From positions 1 through 64,000 of the forward strand of contig NZ_FOYL01000019.1 of NCBI RefSeq assembly GCF_900115955.1: 64,000 nt of DNA. Reading direction: 5' to 3'. Below, in pieces: positions 55,933-64,000 of the stretch (its first letter is position 1; every line of letters begins with the position of its first letter). A program made the position numbers and the translations under genes. Under the pieces are notes generated by a model. That model made no database searches. It was not told the origin of the DNA and saw only the letters and a list, made by a program, of their open reading frames with translations. The DNA comes from Lentzea waywayandensis (GTDB lineage Bacteria > Actinomycetota > Actinomycetes > Mycobacteriales > Pseudonocardiaceae).

Positions 55933-56907
55933 ATGGCCACCGAACTGCTGACAGGATGCGCCGCTCGTGGCGCACGAGTGGTAGATCCCCACCGCGTCGA
56001 GTACCTCGACTGCGGCGGGTACGGAGTCCCTCTTCTCGGCCACGCCCACCCGGCCGTGGTGCAGGCCGTGGTCGGCCAGGTGCGCCGGCCGTCCCTGCTG
56101 GACCGTCTGATGCTCGACCTGGTCACCCCCAACGGGCTCGACCACATCCACACCTTCGCCTCGGCCTCCGAGGCCGCCCAGTTCGCCGTTGCCCTCGCAC
56201 AGGCGAACGGCCGCCCACGCGTGCTGACCACAGGTGACGTCCCGTACGGCGGCATCGACTCGTTGCGCGCCAATCTGGCCTCCGGCCCACCGGCGTGCGT
56301 GCTCGTGGAACCGGTCCGCGGCGCCTCACTCCCGCCGACCGGCTACCTGAGCGCCGTGGCCGAGGTGTGCCGCGAGTCCGGCGCCCTGCTCGTCGTGGAC
56401 GAGACGCGTTCCGGCCTCGGCCGCCTCGGCGTGTGGTGGGGCGTCGACCTGGACGGCGTGACGCCGGACATCATGCTGGTCGGCGAGGGCCTGTCCGGTG
56501 GCGTGCTGCCGATCGCCGCCGTGGTCGCCACGGCCGAGGTCGAGGTGCCGTTGCTGCGCGGCTCGGAAGCCGTGTCACCGCTGGCTTCGGCCGCCGTGAA
56601 CGCCTGCCTGCGCGTCACGGCCTCCGAAGGCCTGGTGGAACGCGCCAAGCTGCTCGGTGACGAACTGCTGTACGGGTTGCGGGCCGTCGTCGCGGGCAAG
56701 GCGCACGCGACCGGGCGTGGGCTGCTGCTCGGCGTCGAGCTGCCGGACAAGCACGCCGCCGACGTGTTCACCGGTGAGTTGCTGAGGTCGCGCGTGCTCG
56801 CGGACTTCCGCGGCCGGACGGTCTGCTTCACCCCGCCCGCCGTCATGTCGGCGGAGGACGCGGGGTGGCTGGTCGAGGCGGTGAGCAAGGCGGCCAACAA
56901 GATCTGA
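55933..56907 (+). CDS. class-III aminotransferase-fold homolog lacking the Schiff-base lysine (K to E) - probable pseudoenzyme or divergent enzyme
   Basis: LLVVDETRSGLGRLG aligns with the DEVQTGFGRTG motif. The following ...PDIMLVGEGLSGGVLPIAA aligns with ...PDLLTTAKALGGGFPVGA, placing Glu where the catalytic Lys belongs. Protein is also ~80-100 aa shorter than typical. Confidence 0.55.
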   Translation: MATELLTGCAARGARVVDPHRVEYLDCGGYGVPLLGHAHPAVVQAVVGQVRRPSLLDRLMLDLVTPNGLDHIHTFASASEAAQFAVALAQANGRPRVLTTGDVPYGGIDSLRANLASGPPACVLVEPVRGASLPPTGYLSAVAEVCRESGALLVVDETRSGLGRLGVWWGVDLDGVTPDIMLVGEGLSGGVLPIAAVVATAEVEVPLLRGSEAVSPLASAAVNACLRVTASEGLVERAKLLGDELLYGLRAVVAGKAHATGRGLLLGVELPDKHAADVFTGELLRSRVLADFRGRTVCFTPPAVMSAEDAGWLVEAVSKAANKI

Positions 56908-56938
56908 AAACCGCTCCCGCGCACCGCGCACCCCTGCC

Positions 56939-57373
56939 ATGATCACGGCCTGGGGGTGTGCGGTGCGTTTGCCTGTGGTGCTGATGTTGTTGCTGTTGAC
57001 CGGTTGTGTGCCCGAGAGCAAGACCTCGCGGGAGCTCGAAGGCCTGGGTGAGCAGATCGTCGACCACTGGGAGGCACGCCAGGAGGTCGCCGACGCGGAC
57101 TACGAGTACTCGCAGGGCCTCGCGCCCGACGACTACCACCTGCGCCTCGAGGTCACGCTGAAGGCCGAGGCCGTCACCGACCAGGTCGTGGACGAGATCG
57201 TCGAGATCGGTGAGCGAGACTGCTGGCTCGGCCCGTGGGACACCTACTACCCGACCTACGTGGTCCGCCGCACCGACGGCACGGAGATCCGTTCGGGCAC
57301 CTTCCACCTCCGCCCCGAAATGGAGCAGAAGTGGGGACCTCGCACGCCCCAGGTGATCCCCACCAGCCGCTAG
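56939..57373 (+). CDS. lipoprotein, hypothetical
   Basis: Lipobox LLLTGCVP. Confidence 0.5.
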   Translation: MITAWGCAVRLPVVLMLLLLTGCVPESKTSRELEGLGEQIVDHWEARQEVADADYEYSQGLAPDDYHLRLEVTLKAEAVTDQVVDEIVEIGERDCWLGPWDTYYPTYVVRRTDGTEIRSGTFHLRPEMEQKWGPRTPQVIPTSR

Positions 57374-58245
57374 AAGATCACCGTCTGGTTGCCGTGCACC
57401 AGCACGCGGTCCTCCAGGTGCCACCGCAACCCGCGCGCCAGCACGACCTTCTCGATGTCGCGCCCCTTGCGCACCATGTCGGCCACCGAGTCGCCGTGGT
57501 GCACGCGCATCACGTCCTGCTCGATGATCGGCCCGGCGTCCAGGTCGGCCGTGACGTAGTGGCAGGTCGCGCCGACCAGCTTCACGCCGCGGCGGTGGGC
57601 CTGGTGGTACGGGCGCGCGCCGATGAACGACGGCAGGAAGCTGTGGTGGATGTTGATCGTGCGGCCGGTCCAGGCGGCGCAGATCTCCGGCGGCAGGATC
57701 TGCATGAAGCGTGCGAGCACCACGGCGTGTGGGTCGTGCTTCTCCACCAGTTCGCGTAGCTGGGCGAACGCGGCCTGCTTGCCCATGGGGTCGTTCGAAG
57801 GGAACGGCACGTGGTGGAACGGGATGCCGTGCGCGCGCGTGATGTCGCCGAGCTCCGGGTGGTTGCCGATGACGGCGGACACCTCGACGTCGAGCTCGCC
57901 GGTCGCGACGCGGGCCAGCAGGTCGTACAGGCAGTGGCCCTCACGAGACACGAGGATGACCACGCGCTTGCGGGAGCCCGTGTCGGTCACCGTCCACGTC
58001 GACTGCGCGCCCAGCGCCGCGGCCACCTCGGCGAACCGGGTGCGCAGCTCGTCCACGCCGAACGGCAGGGAGTCCGCGCGGACCTCCTGGCGCGTGAAGA
58101 ACCAGCCCGTCTCCGGGTCGGTGTGGTAGGCGGCCTCGACGATCCAGCCGCCGTTGTCCGCGAGGAACGACGAGATCCTCGCGATGATGCCGGTGCGGTC
58201 CGGGCAGCCGAAGGTGATCACATAGCGACGCTCAGGCGATGACAC
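57370..58245 (-). CDS. purU: formyltetrahydrofolate deformylase
   Basis: N-terminal ACT domain (YVITFGCPDRTGIIARISSFLADNGGWIVEAAY) and formyl-transferase core (INIHHSFLPSFIGARPYHQA). Confidence 0.9.
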   Translation of the reverse strand: MSSPERRYVITFGCPDRTGIIARISSFLADNGGWIVEAAYHTDPETGWFFTRQEVRADSLPFGVDELRTRFAEVAAALGAQSTWTVTDTGSRKRVVILVSREGHCLYDLLARVATGELDVEVSAVIGNHPELGDITRAHGIPFHHVPFPSNDPMGKQAAFAQLRELVEKHDPHAVVLARFMQILPPEICAAWTGRTINIHHSFLPSFIGARPYHQAHRRGVKLVGATCHYVTADLDAGPIIEQDVMRVHHGDSVADMVRKGRDIEKVVLARGLRWHLEDRVLVHGNQTVIF

Positions 58246-58258
58246 GCCGCAGAAGTAT

Positions 58259-58984
58259 TCACGCCCTGGGCAGAGCCGCCAACAGGGACTCGTCTCCGGT
58301 CACGATCGCGTGGCTCGGGCGGCCCCACAGCGCGCGGTAGATCGCGTCGGCGGTGCCGGCGAGGGTGGCGTCCGCGTCGACGGCCGAGTCGTGCACTCCC
58401 GTCACGACCGGTGCCTCGCCAGGCGCGAGCCAGACCTCCCACGTGCGGCCCGCGTCGGCGGCGTGCACGAGGATCCGGCCGGTCGCCTCGATGACGCGCC
58501 CGAGCACCAGCTGCCGGGGAACCATGATGGTGAGGAACTCGTCGATGCCGTCCGCGGCGAACTCCGGGTCGAACAGCAGCGTCGGCGGCTCGTGGCCGGT
58601 CGCCAGCTCCGCGTCCAACCGGTGGATCGACGTCTCGTGCGCCTGCCTGCGCGCCCAGAAGTCAGCGCGTGAGGGGCCCTGGAAAGTCCATGCCGGCCGG
58701 TCGGGCGGCGTGGAGCGCAACCGTTCGAGGAGCAGGGAGGTTCCGCTGTCCCACCAGGAAAGCGCCTCGTCCCACTCCCGCGGCGCCTTCGGCCACTTCG
58801 GCCGGCCGTCGTCCGGCGCGGTCGCGACGGCCTGCGCGGCCCACGTGTGCACCTCGGCCTGATGCCGCACGAGATCGAGAACCGTCCACTCAGGACACGA
58901 GGAAACGGAGGCGTCCGGCCCTGCCTTCACGGCGGCCGAACGCATCAGCGAAGCCTGGGTCTCGACCTGCGCGACGAAGTCCAC
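58259..58984 (-). CDS. maleylpyruvate-isomerase-family mycothiol-dependent enzyme (DinB/MDMPI-like)
   Basis: CPEWTVLDLVRHQAEVHTWAAQAV N-terminal MDMPI motif. Confidence 0.7.
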   Translation of the reverse strand: MDFVAQVETQASLMRSAAVKAGPDASVSSCPEWTVLDLVRHQAEVHTWAAQAVATAPDDGRPKWPKAPREWDEALSWWDSGTSLLLERLRSTPPDRPAWTFQGPSRADFWARRQAHETSIHRLDAELATGHEPPTLLFDPEFAADGIDEFLTIMVPRQLVLGRVIEATGRILVHAADAGRTWEVWLAPGEAPVVTGVHDSAVDADATLAGTADAIYRALWGRPSHAIVTGDESLLAALPRA

Positions 58985-58993
58985 AAACCCACC

Positions 58994-59800
58994 CTAGGGC
59001 GCGACGGCCGCCCATTCGAGCGTGATTTCGCCGAGCCGCCACCGCCGCCGGTCGTCCAGCACCGGCCAGCCGCGCTCGCGCAGCAGCCGCGCCGACTCCA
59101 CCCACCGCGCCCGAGGCCCGAACGGCGCGAACGGCGCCGCGGTGGCCCAGCAGGCGTCCAGTTCGGCCAGCAGCGCGTGCACGCGCTCGCCCGGCACGTT
59201 CTTGTGGATCAACGCCTTGGGCAGCCGCTCGGCCAGGTCGGACGGCACGTCGATGCCGGACGGCTTGCACGCCAGCGTGAACCGCAACGGCCCGTCCGCG
59301 GACAACGTCACCCACGTGCACCGGCGCCCGATCTCGTCGCACGTGCCCTCGACGATCAACCCGCCGGGAGCCATGCGACCGAGCATCGTGTCCCACGCCT
59401 CGAACGCCTGCTCCTCGGTGTACTGGCGCAGCACGTTGAAGGCGCGCAACAACACCGGCCGCGCACCTGCCAGTTCGAAGCCACCGCGCCGGAAGTCCAG
59501 GAAGGGCGGATCCGCGACGGCCTTGCCCGCCTCGACCCGGTCGGCGTCGATCTCCAGCCCGAGCACGCGCACGTCCGGCCGCACGACCCGCAGCCGGGAG
59601 GCCAGCTCGACGGTGGTGATCGGCGTCGCGCCGTACCCGAGGTCGACCACGAGCGGATCGGCCGCGTCGGCCAGGAAGCCGCCGAGCGTGCCGGTCATCC
59701 ACCGGTCGACCCGGCGCAGGCGGTTCGGGTTGGTCGTGCCGCGGGTCGCAACGCCGAGCGCGCGGGCCCGGCCGGCCGCTAGCCGCGGTTTGCGAGCCAT
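58994..59800 (-). CDS. class I SAM-dependent methyltransferase
   Basis: VVDLGYGATPITTVELA ... GLEID SAM-binding motifs. Confidence 0.65.
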   Translation of the reverse strand: MARKPRLAAGRARALGVATRGTTNPNRLRRVDRWMTGTLGGFLADAADPLVVDLGYGATPITTVELASRLRVVRPDVRVLGLEIDADRVEAGKAVADPPFLDFRRGGFELAGARPVLLRAFNVLRQYTEEQAFEAWDTMLGRMAPGGLIVEGTCDEIGRRCTWVTLSADGPLRFTLACKPSGIDVPSDLAERLPKALIHKNVPGERVHALLAELDACWATAAPFAPFGPRARWVESARLLRERGWPVLDDRRRWRLGEITLEWAAVAP

Positions 59801-60267
59801 TGAGAGGTGAACTCGCTCTCCTTGTCGAGCAGCACGACGACCTGCTCGGCGATCAGCTTCTCGATCTTGCCGCCCACGAACGGGATGCTGACCTTGACCT
59901 CCCCCGTGAGGGTGAGCTTCGAGCCGGATCCGTTGTCCAGGACCGTGAACGAGCCTTCGAGCCGGCTGGGCACACCGTTGACCGCCACCTCGACCGTGCC
60001 GGCACCGGCAGCCCAGGTCTCCGTGCGCTGGATCACCAGGTCGCCGCCGAGCACGGCCTTGACCGCCGACGGCACGTGCTCCGCGGGCACACCCTGCTTG
60101 AGCTGGTACGACGTCTGCTCGTCGGTGCTGGAGAACGTCACGAGCGCGGCGCCGGGGCCACCGATCGACGCCAGCCGGTCGCGCAGATAGGTCTCGTCGA
60201 CCATCGCGCCGTAGACCTTCTCCGCCGAATGGGGTGACGTGGTGTGGTGCTCGATGCGGCGTGCCAT
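59779..60267 (-). CDS. DUF2505-family protein
   Basis: 162-aa ORF with a conserved-looking small-molecule-binding-like fold. Upstream part of the track ORF 59779-60771 overlaps murB and is rejected. Confidence 0.5.
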   Translation of the reverse strand: MARRIEHHTTSPHSAEKVYGAMVDETYLRDRLASIGGPGAALVTFSSTDEQTSYQLKQGVPAEHVPSAVKAVLGGDLVIQRTETWAAGAGTVEVAVNGVPSRLEGSFTVLDNGSGSKLTLTGEVKVSIPFVGGKIEKLIAEQVVVLLDKESEFTSQWLANRG

Positions 60268-61366
60268 GTCGCGGAGGCTACCGTTGACGTCTGTGACCAC
60301 CACGCAGTCCGTACCTCTGGCCGAGCGCACCACGCTCCGACTCGGTGGCCCGGCCGCGCGGTTCGTCCACGCCACGACCGCCGCTGAGCTGGTCGAAGCC
60401 GTGCGAACAGCCGACGCGGCCGCCGACGAGAAGGTCCTCGTGCTCGGTGGCGGCTCCAACCTCGTGATCTCCGACGGCGGCTTCGACGGCACGGTCGTGC
60501 ACGTCGCCACCAAGGGTTTCCGCCTCGACCCGCTGGGCGGAGGCATCGTCCAGTTCACCGTCGAGGCGGGCGAGGAGTGGGACGCGGTCGTCGCCGAGGC
60601 GGTCGCGCAGGGCCTCGGCGGCCTCGAGTGCCTGTCGGGCATCCCGGGCCTCAACGGCGCCACGCCCGTGCAGAACGTCGGCGCGTACGGCGTCGAGATC
60701 TCCCAGGTGCTGCAGTCGGTGGACCTGCTGGACCGCCGCAGCGGCAAGGTGCACCAGGTGCCCGCCGCCAAGCTGGGCCTCGACTACCGCACCAGCGTCC
60801 TCAAGGGCACGGACAACGCGGTCGTCCTGCGCACCAGGTTCTCGCTGACCTCCGGGGGCATGTCCGCGCCGATCCGCTACGGCGAGCTGGCGCGCGTTCT
60901 CGGTGTGGCGCAAGGTGATCGCGTTCCGGCGGACGCCGCCCGCAAGGCCGTGCTGGAACTGCGACGCGGCAAGGGCATGGTGCTCGACGCCACCGACCAC
61001 GACACGTGGAGCGCGGGCTCGTTCTTCACCAACCCGATCATCGACGACTCGACGTTCAGCGGCGTGCTGATCCGCATCGCCGAACGCCTCGGCGCCGACG
61101 TCGACGTGCCGAGCTACCCGGCGGGCCACGGCCAGAAGAAGCTCTCCGCCGCGTGGCTGATCGAACGGGCCGGGTTCCGCAAGGGTCACCAGGGCCCCGG
61201 CGGCCGGGTGTCGTTGTCCGGCAAGCACACGCTGGCCCTGACGAACCGCGGCGGAGCCTCGACCGAGGACCTGCTCGACCTCGCGCGCGAGGTGCGCGAC
61301 GGCGTGCGGGCCGCGTTCGGCGTGGAGCTGCACCCGGAACCGGTCTTCGTAGGCGTTCAGCTGTAA
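60266..61366 (+). CDS. murB: UDP-N-acetylenolpyruvoylglucosamine reductase
   Basis: FAD-binding domain (LAERTTLRLGGPARFVHATTAAEL...VLVLGGGSNLVISD) and MurB C-terminal domain. Start could be ATG 60266 or GTG 60293. Confidence 0.9.
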   Translation: MSRRLPLTSVTTTQSVPLAERTTLRLGGPAARFVHATTAAELVEAVRTADAAADEKVLVLGGGSNLVISDGGFDGTVVHVATKGFRLDPLGGGIVQFTVEAGEEWDAVVAEAVAQGLGGLECLSGIPGLNGATPVQNVGAYGVEISQVLQSVDLLDRRSGKVHQVPAAKLGLDYRTSVLKGTDNAVVLRTRFSLTSGGMSAPIRYGELARVLGVAQGDRVPADAARKAVLELRRGKGMVLDATDHDTWSAGSFFTNPIIDDSTFSGVLIRIAERLGADVDVPSYPAGHGQKKLSAAWLIERAGFRKGHQGPGGRVSLSGKHTLALTNRGGASTEDLLDLAREVRDGVRAAFGVELHPEPVFVGVQL

Positions 61367-61445
61367 GTCCGTCCGGGTGACTCCGTGTGACGAACCGCTA
61401 CTTCCCGTGTTTCATTGAGGTAGGGCTTGTTGAACGGGGGTTGCC

Positions 61446-62459
61446 ATGAGCTACCTCGACGAGAACGCGCGAGAGGTCATCAGGCCGGTCAAGCGCATGG
61501 TCGAAGACGAGTTCCTGTCGCGGCCCGGAGTGATCGGCGTCGACATCGGCGAGAAGGTCACCGGCGGACGCCCGACGGGCAAGGCCGCGATCGTGGTCTA
61601 CGTGTGCGCCAAGGGACCTGACCATCCGCAGCAGATCCCGGTGGAGGTCGGCGGCGTGCCGACGGACGTCGTCGCCGAGTCGATCGTGCTGCACCGCGCC
61701 AGGATCACGCGCGCCGAAGACGAGCAACCCGTTGCGGCGGAACGGCATCCGGTGCTGCGCGGGGGCATCGGCATCGGCCCGGCCAGGTCGTTCAGGGTCG
61801 TGCCGCCCGAGGTCGAGCGTGCCGGCGAGTACGTGATCGCGGGCACGCTCGGCGCGTTCGTCCTCACCCGTGACGAGTCTCGCAAGGTGTTGGGGCTCAC
61901 CACTTTCCACGTCGGGTGTGTCGACGACTCGTGGTCGGTGGGCGACGAGTTCGTGCATCCGTCCCGAGTGGACGGTGGCGTGCCCGGTGCCGACCAGATC
62001 GCCGTGCTGGACCGGGCGGCGCTCGCGGGGTCCGTGTCCGCGGCGGGCCTGCGGATGGGCGCCCGGCCGTTCCGCGCGGAGGTGCTCGACGTCGGCGCGA
62101 TCATGGGCAGCGCTCGGGCGAAGATCGGCTCGACCGTGCGCAAACGCGGTCGCACCACCGAACTCACGTACGGCGTGATCGAGTCGACGGACTCGACGCT
62201 CAGACTCGACTTCGGCGACGGGATCGGCGTCCGGACGTTGCGCGACCAGATCCGCGTCCACTCGTCCGAACGCTTCGGCGACCACGGAGACAGTGGTGCC
62301 GTGCTGGTCGACGCCGACAACTTCGTGGTGGGCCTGTACGTCGCCGGATCAGGCTCGACGGGGTTCGCGAATCCCATCGAGCCCGTCCTGCGTCAGCTGG
62401 ACGTGGAGTTGCTCACTCCCGGTGTGCCCGAGTCGCGGAGGCCTGGGCCCGCGGCTTGA
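61446..62459 (+). CDS. putative trypsin-like (S1-type) serine peptidase, cytoplasmic
   Basis: HGDSGAVLV resembles the GDSGG serine motif. An upstream TFHVGCVDD His context is weak. No signal peptide. Confidence 0.35.
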   Translation: MSYLDENAREVIRPVKRMVEDEFLSRPGVIGVDIGEKVTGGRPTGKAAIVVYVCAKGPDHPQQIPVEVGGVPTDVVAESIVLHRARITRAEDEQPVAAERHPVLRGGIGIGPARSFRVVPPEVERAGEYVIAGTLGAFVLTRDESRKVLGLTTFHVGCVDDSWSVGDEFVHPSRVDGGVPGADQIAVLDRAALAGSVSAAGLRMGARPFRAEVLDVGAIMGSARAKIGSTVRKRGRTTELTYGVIESTDSTLRLDFGDGIGVRTLRDQIRVHSSERFGDHGDSGAVLVDADNFVVGLYVAGSGSTGFANPIEPVLRQLDVELLTPGVPESRRPGPAA

Positions 62460-63186
62460 GCACGATGGTGTCCAGGTTCACGTGCGAGGGCCGGGTGACG
62501 GCGAACGCGATCACGTCCGCCACGTCGTCCGCGACCAGCGGCGTGATGCCCTGGTAGACCTTGGCCGCGCGCTCGGTGTCGCCGCCGAACCGGTTCGCCG
62601 AGAAGTCCGTCTCGACCATGCCCGGCTGGATCTCGGTGATCCGCACCGGCTGGCCGAGCAGCTCGCCGCGCAACGTGCGGTGCAGCGCCGACTGGGCGTG
62701 CTTGGCGCTCGTGTAGCCCGAGCCGTTGTCATAGGCCTCGTACGCCGCGATGGACGTCACGGACACGATGTGCCCGTCCCCGGACGCGATCAGCTTCGGG
62801 ATGAACGCCTTGGTCACCAGCAGGGTGCCGAGGACGTTCGCCTCCCACATCCAGCGCCACTCGTCCGCGTTCCCCTCGGCGACGGTCGAGAGCCCGCGCG
62901 CACCGCCCGCGTTGTTCACGAGGACGTTCGCCTGGGGTACCCGGTCCGCGAAGGCGGCGACGGAGGCTTCGTCGGTGACGTCCAGCTCGATGGCCGTCCC
63001 GTCGATCTCCTTCGCGATAACGTGGAGAAGGTCCAGACGACGTGCGCCGAGCACGACGTGGAAGCCCTCGGCGGCCAACCGGCGCGCGGTGGCCTCGCCG
63101 ATGCCCGCGCTAGCTCCGGTCACAACTGCGACAGGTCGATTCACGACTTCGATCGTAGGTGCCGAACAGGGTGTGACTGACATCAC
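62413..63186 (-). CDS. SDR-family short-chain dehydrogenase/reductase
   Basis: TGASAGIGEATARRLA cofactor motif, NNAG, and catalytic YTSAKHA (YxxxK). Confidence 0.9.
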   Translation of the reverse strand: MMSVTPCSAPTIEVVNRPVAVVTGASAGIGEATARRLAAEGFHVVLGARRLDLLHVIAKEIDGTAIELDVTDEASVAAFADRVPQANVLVNNAGGARGLSTVAEGNADEWRWMWEANVLGTLLVTKAFIPKLIASGDGHIVSVTSIAAYEAYDNGSGYTSAKHAQSALHRTLRGELLGQPVRITEIQPGMVETDFSANRFGGDTERAAKVYQGITPLVADDVADVIAFAVTRPSHVNLDTIVLKPRAQASATRAHRE

Positions 63187-63236
63187 TCACACCTCGATGG
63201 GGTTCTGGACGTCCACCATGGTGGGAGGTCGAAACC

Positions 63237-64000
63237 GTGAAGAGAACACTTGTCGCGCTGGTCGCCGGACTGACGCTGCTGACCGGCTGCTCGAGTGTCG
63301 AGGCGGGTACACCCAAGGCGGACAGCTCGCTGCCGTCCGCGAAGGTGACCCTGTCCCCGGTCGACGGAACCAAGGACGTGCAGGTCACGACCCCGGTCCA
63401 GGTCACCGTGGTGGACGGCAAGATCGAGTCCGTCGCACTGAAGTCACCTGAGGGCGCCGAGGTCAAGGGCACCCTCACCGAGGACAAGTCCGGCTGGACG
63501 ACGGCCGAGCCCCTCGGCTACGGCAAGACGTACAGCTACAACGGCAAGGCCGTCGGCTCCGACGGCAAGCCGGTCGAGCTCAAGGGCTCGTTCACCACCG
63601 TCGCGCCCGGTTCGCAGACCCGCGCGACGCTCTGGCCCTCCGACAACCAGACCGTCGGCGTCGCGGCGCCGATCATGGTCAAGTTCGAGGCGCCGGTGCA
63701 GGACAAGGCGACCGTCGAGAAGGCCCTCAAGGTCACGAACTCGGCGAACGTCCAGGGCTCGTGGGCCTGGCTCAGCGCCCAGGAGGTGCACTACCGGCCG
63801 GAGAAGTACTGGCCCGCCAACACCACGGTCAAGGTCGAGGCCAAGCTCTACGGCGTGAACTACGGCGGCGGCGCGTTCGGCAAGGCCGACGTGACCAGCG
63901 ACTTCACCGTCGGCCGCAACCAGGTCGTGAAGATCGACAACCCTACGCACCGGCTCAAGGTGTTCCGGGACGGCGCGCAGGTCGCGGACTACCCGGCGTC
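63237..64000 (+). CDS. L,D-transpeptidase lipoprotein paralog (partial, runs off window end)
   Basis: Lipobox LLTGCSS. Sequence is ~50% identical in blocks to the Ldt at 18681-19853 (KVTNSANVQGSWAWLSAQEVHYRPEKYWPANTTVKVEAKLYGVNYGGGAFGKAD). Not in the ORF track because there is no stop within the window. Confidence 0.75.
   Translation, partial: MKRTLVALVAGLTLLTGCSSVEAGTPKADSSLPSAKVTLSPVDGTKDVQVTTPVQVTVVDGKIESVALKSPEGAEVKGTLTEDKSGWTTAEPLGYGKTYSYNGKAVGSDGKPVELKGSFTTVAPGSQTRATLWPSDNQTVGVAAPIMVKFEAPVQDKATVEKALKVTNSANVQGSWAWLSAQEVHYRPEKYWPANTTVKVEAKLYGVNYGGGAFGKADVTSDFTVGRNQVVKIDNPTHRLKVFRDGAQVADYPA

Noticed and set aside
59779-60771. 330-aa minus-strand ORF overlapping murB
   Set aside because: Only the 3' 162 codons (DUF2505-like, start 60267) are credible. 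The remainder is antisense to the murB N-terminus.
1-64000. CRISPR arrays, rRNA genes, large tandem repeats
   Set aside because: No regularly spaced direct repeats, no rRNA-like sequence and no long tandem repeats were seen on reading through the window.

Overview
This is a high-GC (~70%) actinomycete chromosomal segment. The gene content (F420 enzymes, mycothiol-type maleylpyruvate isomerase, HbhA/Rv0474-Rv0477-like locus, L,D-transpeptidases, TipA-type MerR) suggests a Pseudonocardiaceae/Streptomyces-like organism. The window is dense with protein-coding genes. It opens with a complete IS3-family insertion sequence with imperfect ~25-bp inverted repeats, apparently sitting at the contig/window edge. 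Next comes a low-GC integrase island remnant: an HTH protein, a small membrane protein, a tyrosine integrase, a tRNA-like 5' fragment, ~20-bp direct repeats and a frameshifted, 5'-truncated aldo/keto reductase pseudogene. Core-like genes follow: tandem beta-lactamase-fold serine hydrolases, a CobW-type GTPase with an F420 LLM oxidoreductase, cspA, copZ-copA with a CsoR-type operator, a tRNA Glu-Asp-Phe cluster, purU and murB. Among them are several accessory modules that I consider the most interesting. (1) A translationally coupled NfeD-flotillin operon that continues straight into a 1472-aa AAA+ ATPase. (2) An ECF sigma factor, a small SD-preceded protein and a TPR-CHAT (caspase-like) protease, with a convergent cytoplasmic S8-subtilase-like gene; this resembles the Craspase (Csx29/Csx30/RpoE) signalling logic but has no CRISPR. 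(3) A membrane-embedded NACHT NTPase in an operon with an FxLD-type PIMT-like methyltransferase. (4) A solo TnpB (IS200/605 OrfB-type). (5) A large HTH-NACHT/NB-ARC-WD40 STAND protein. (6) A divergent small-HTH / Clp-N-domain gene pair sharing two tandem GTCAAC-N4-GTTGAC operators. (7) A class-III-aminotransferase-like protein that has lost the PLP lysine. I found no CRISPR array and no rRNA. Many long opposite-strand ORFs in the supplied track are GC-driven shadow ORFs and were not called. Coordinates of start codons are often uncertain (GTG/alternative starts).
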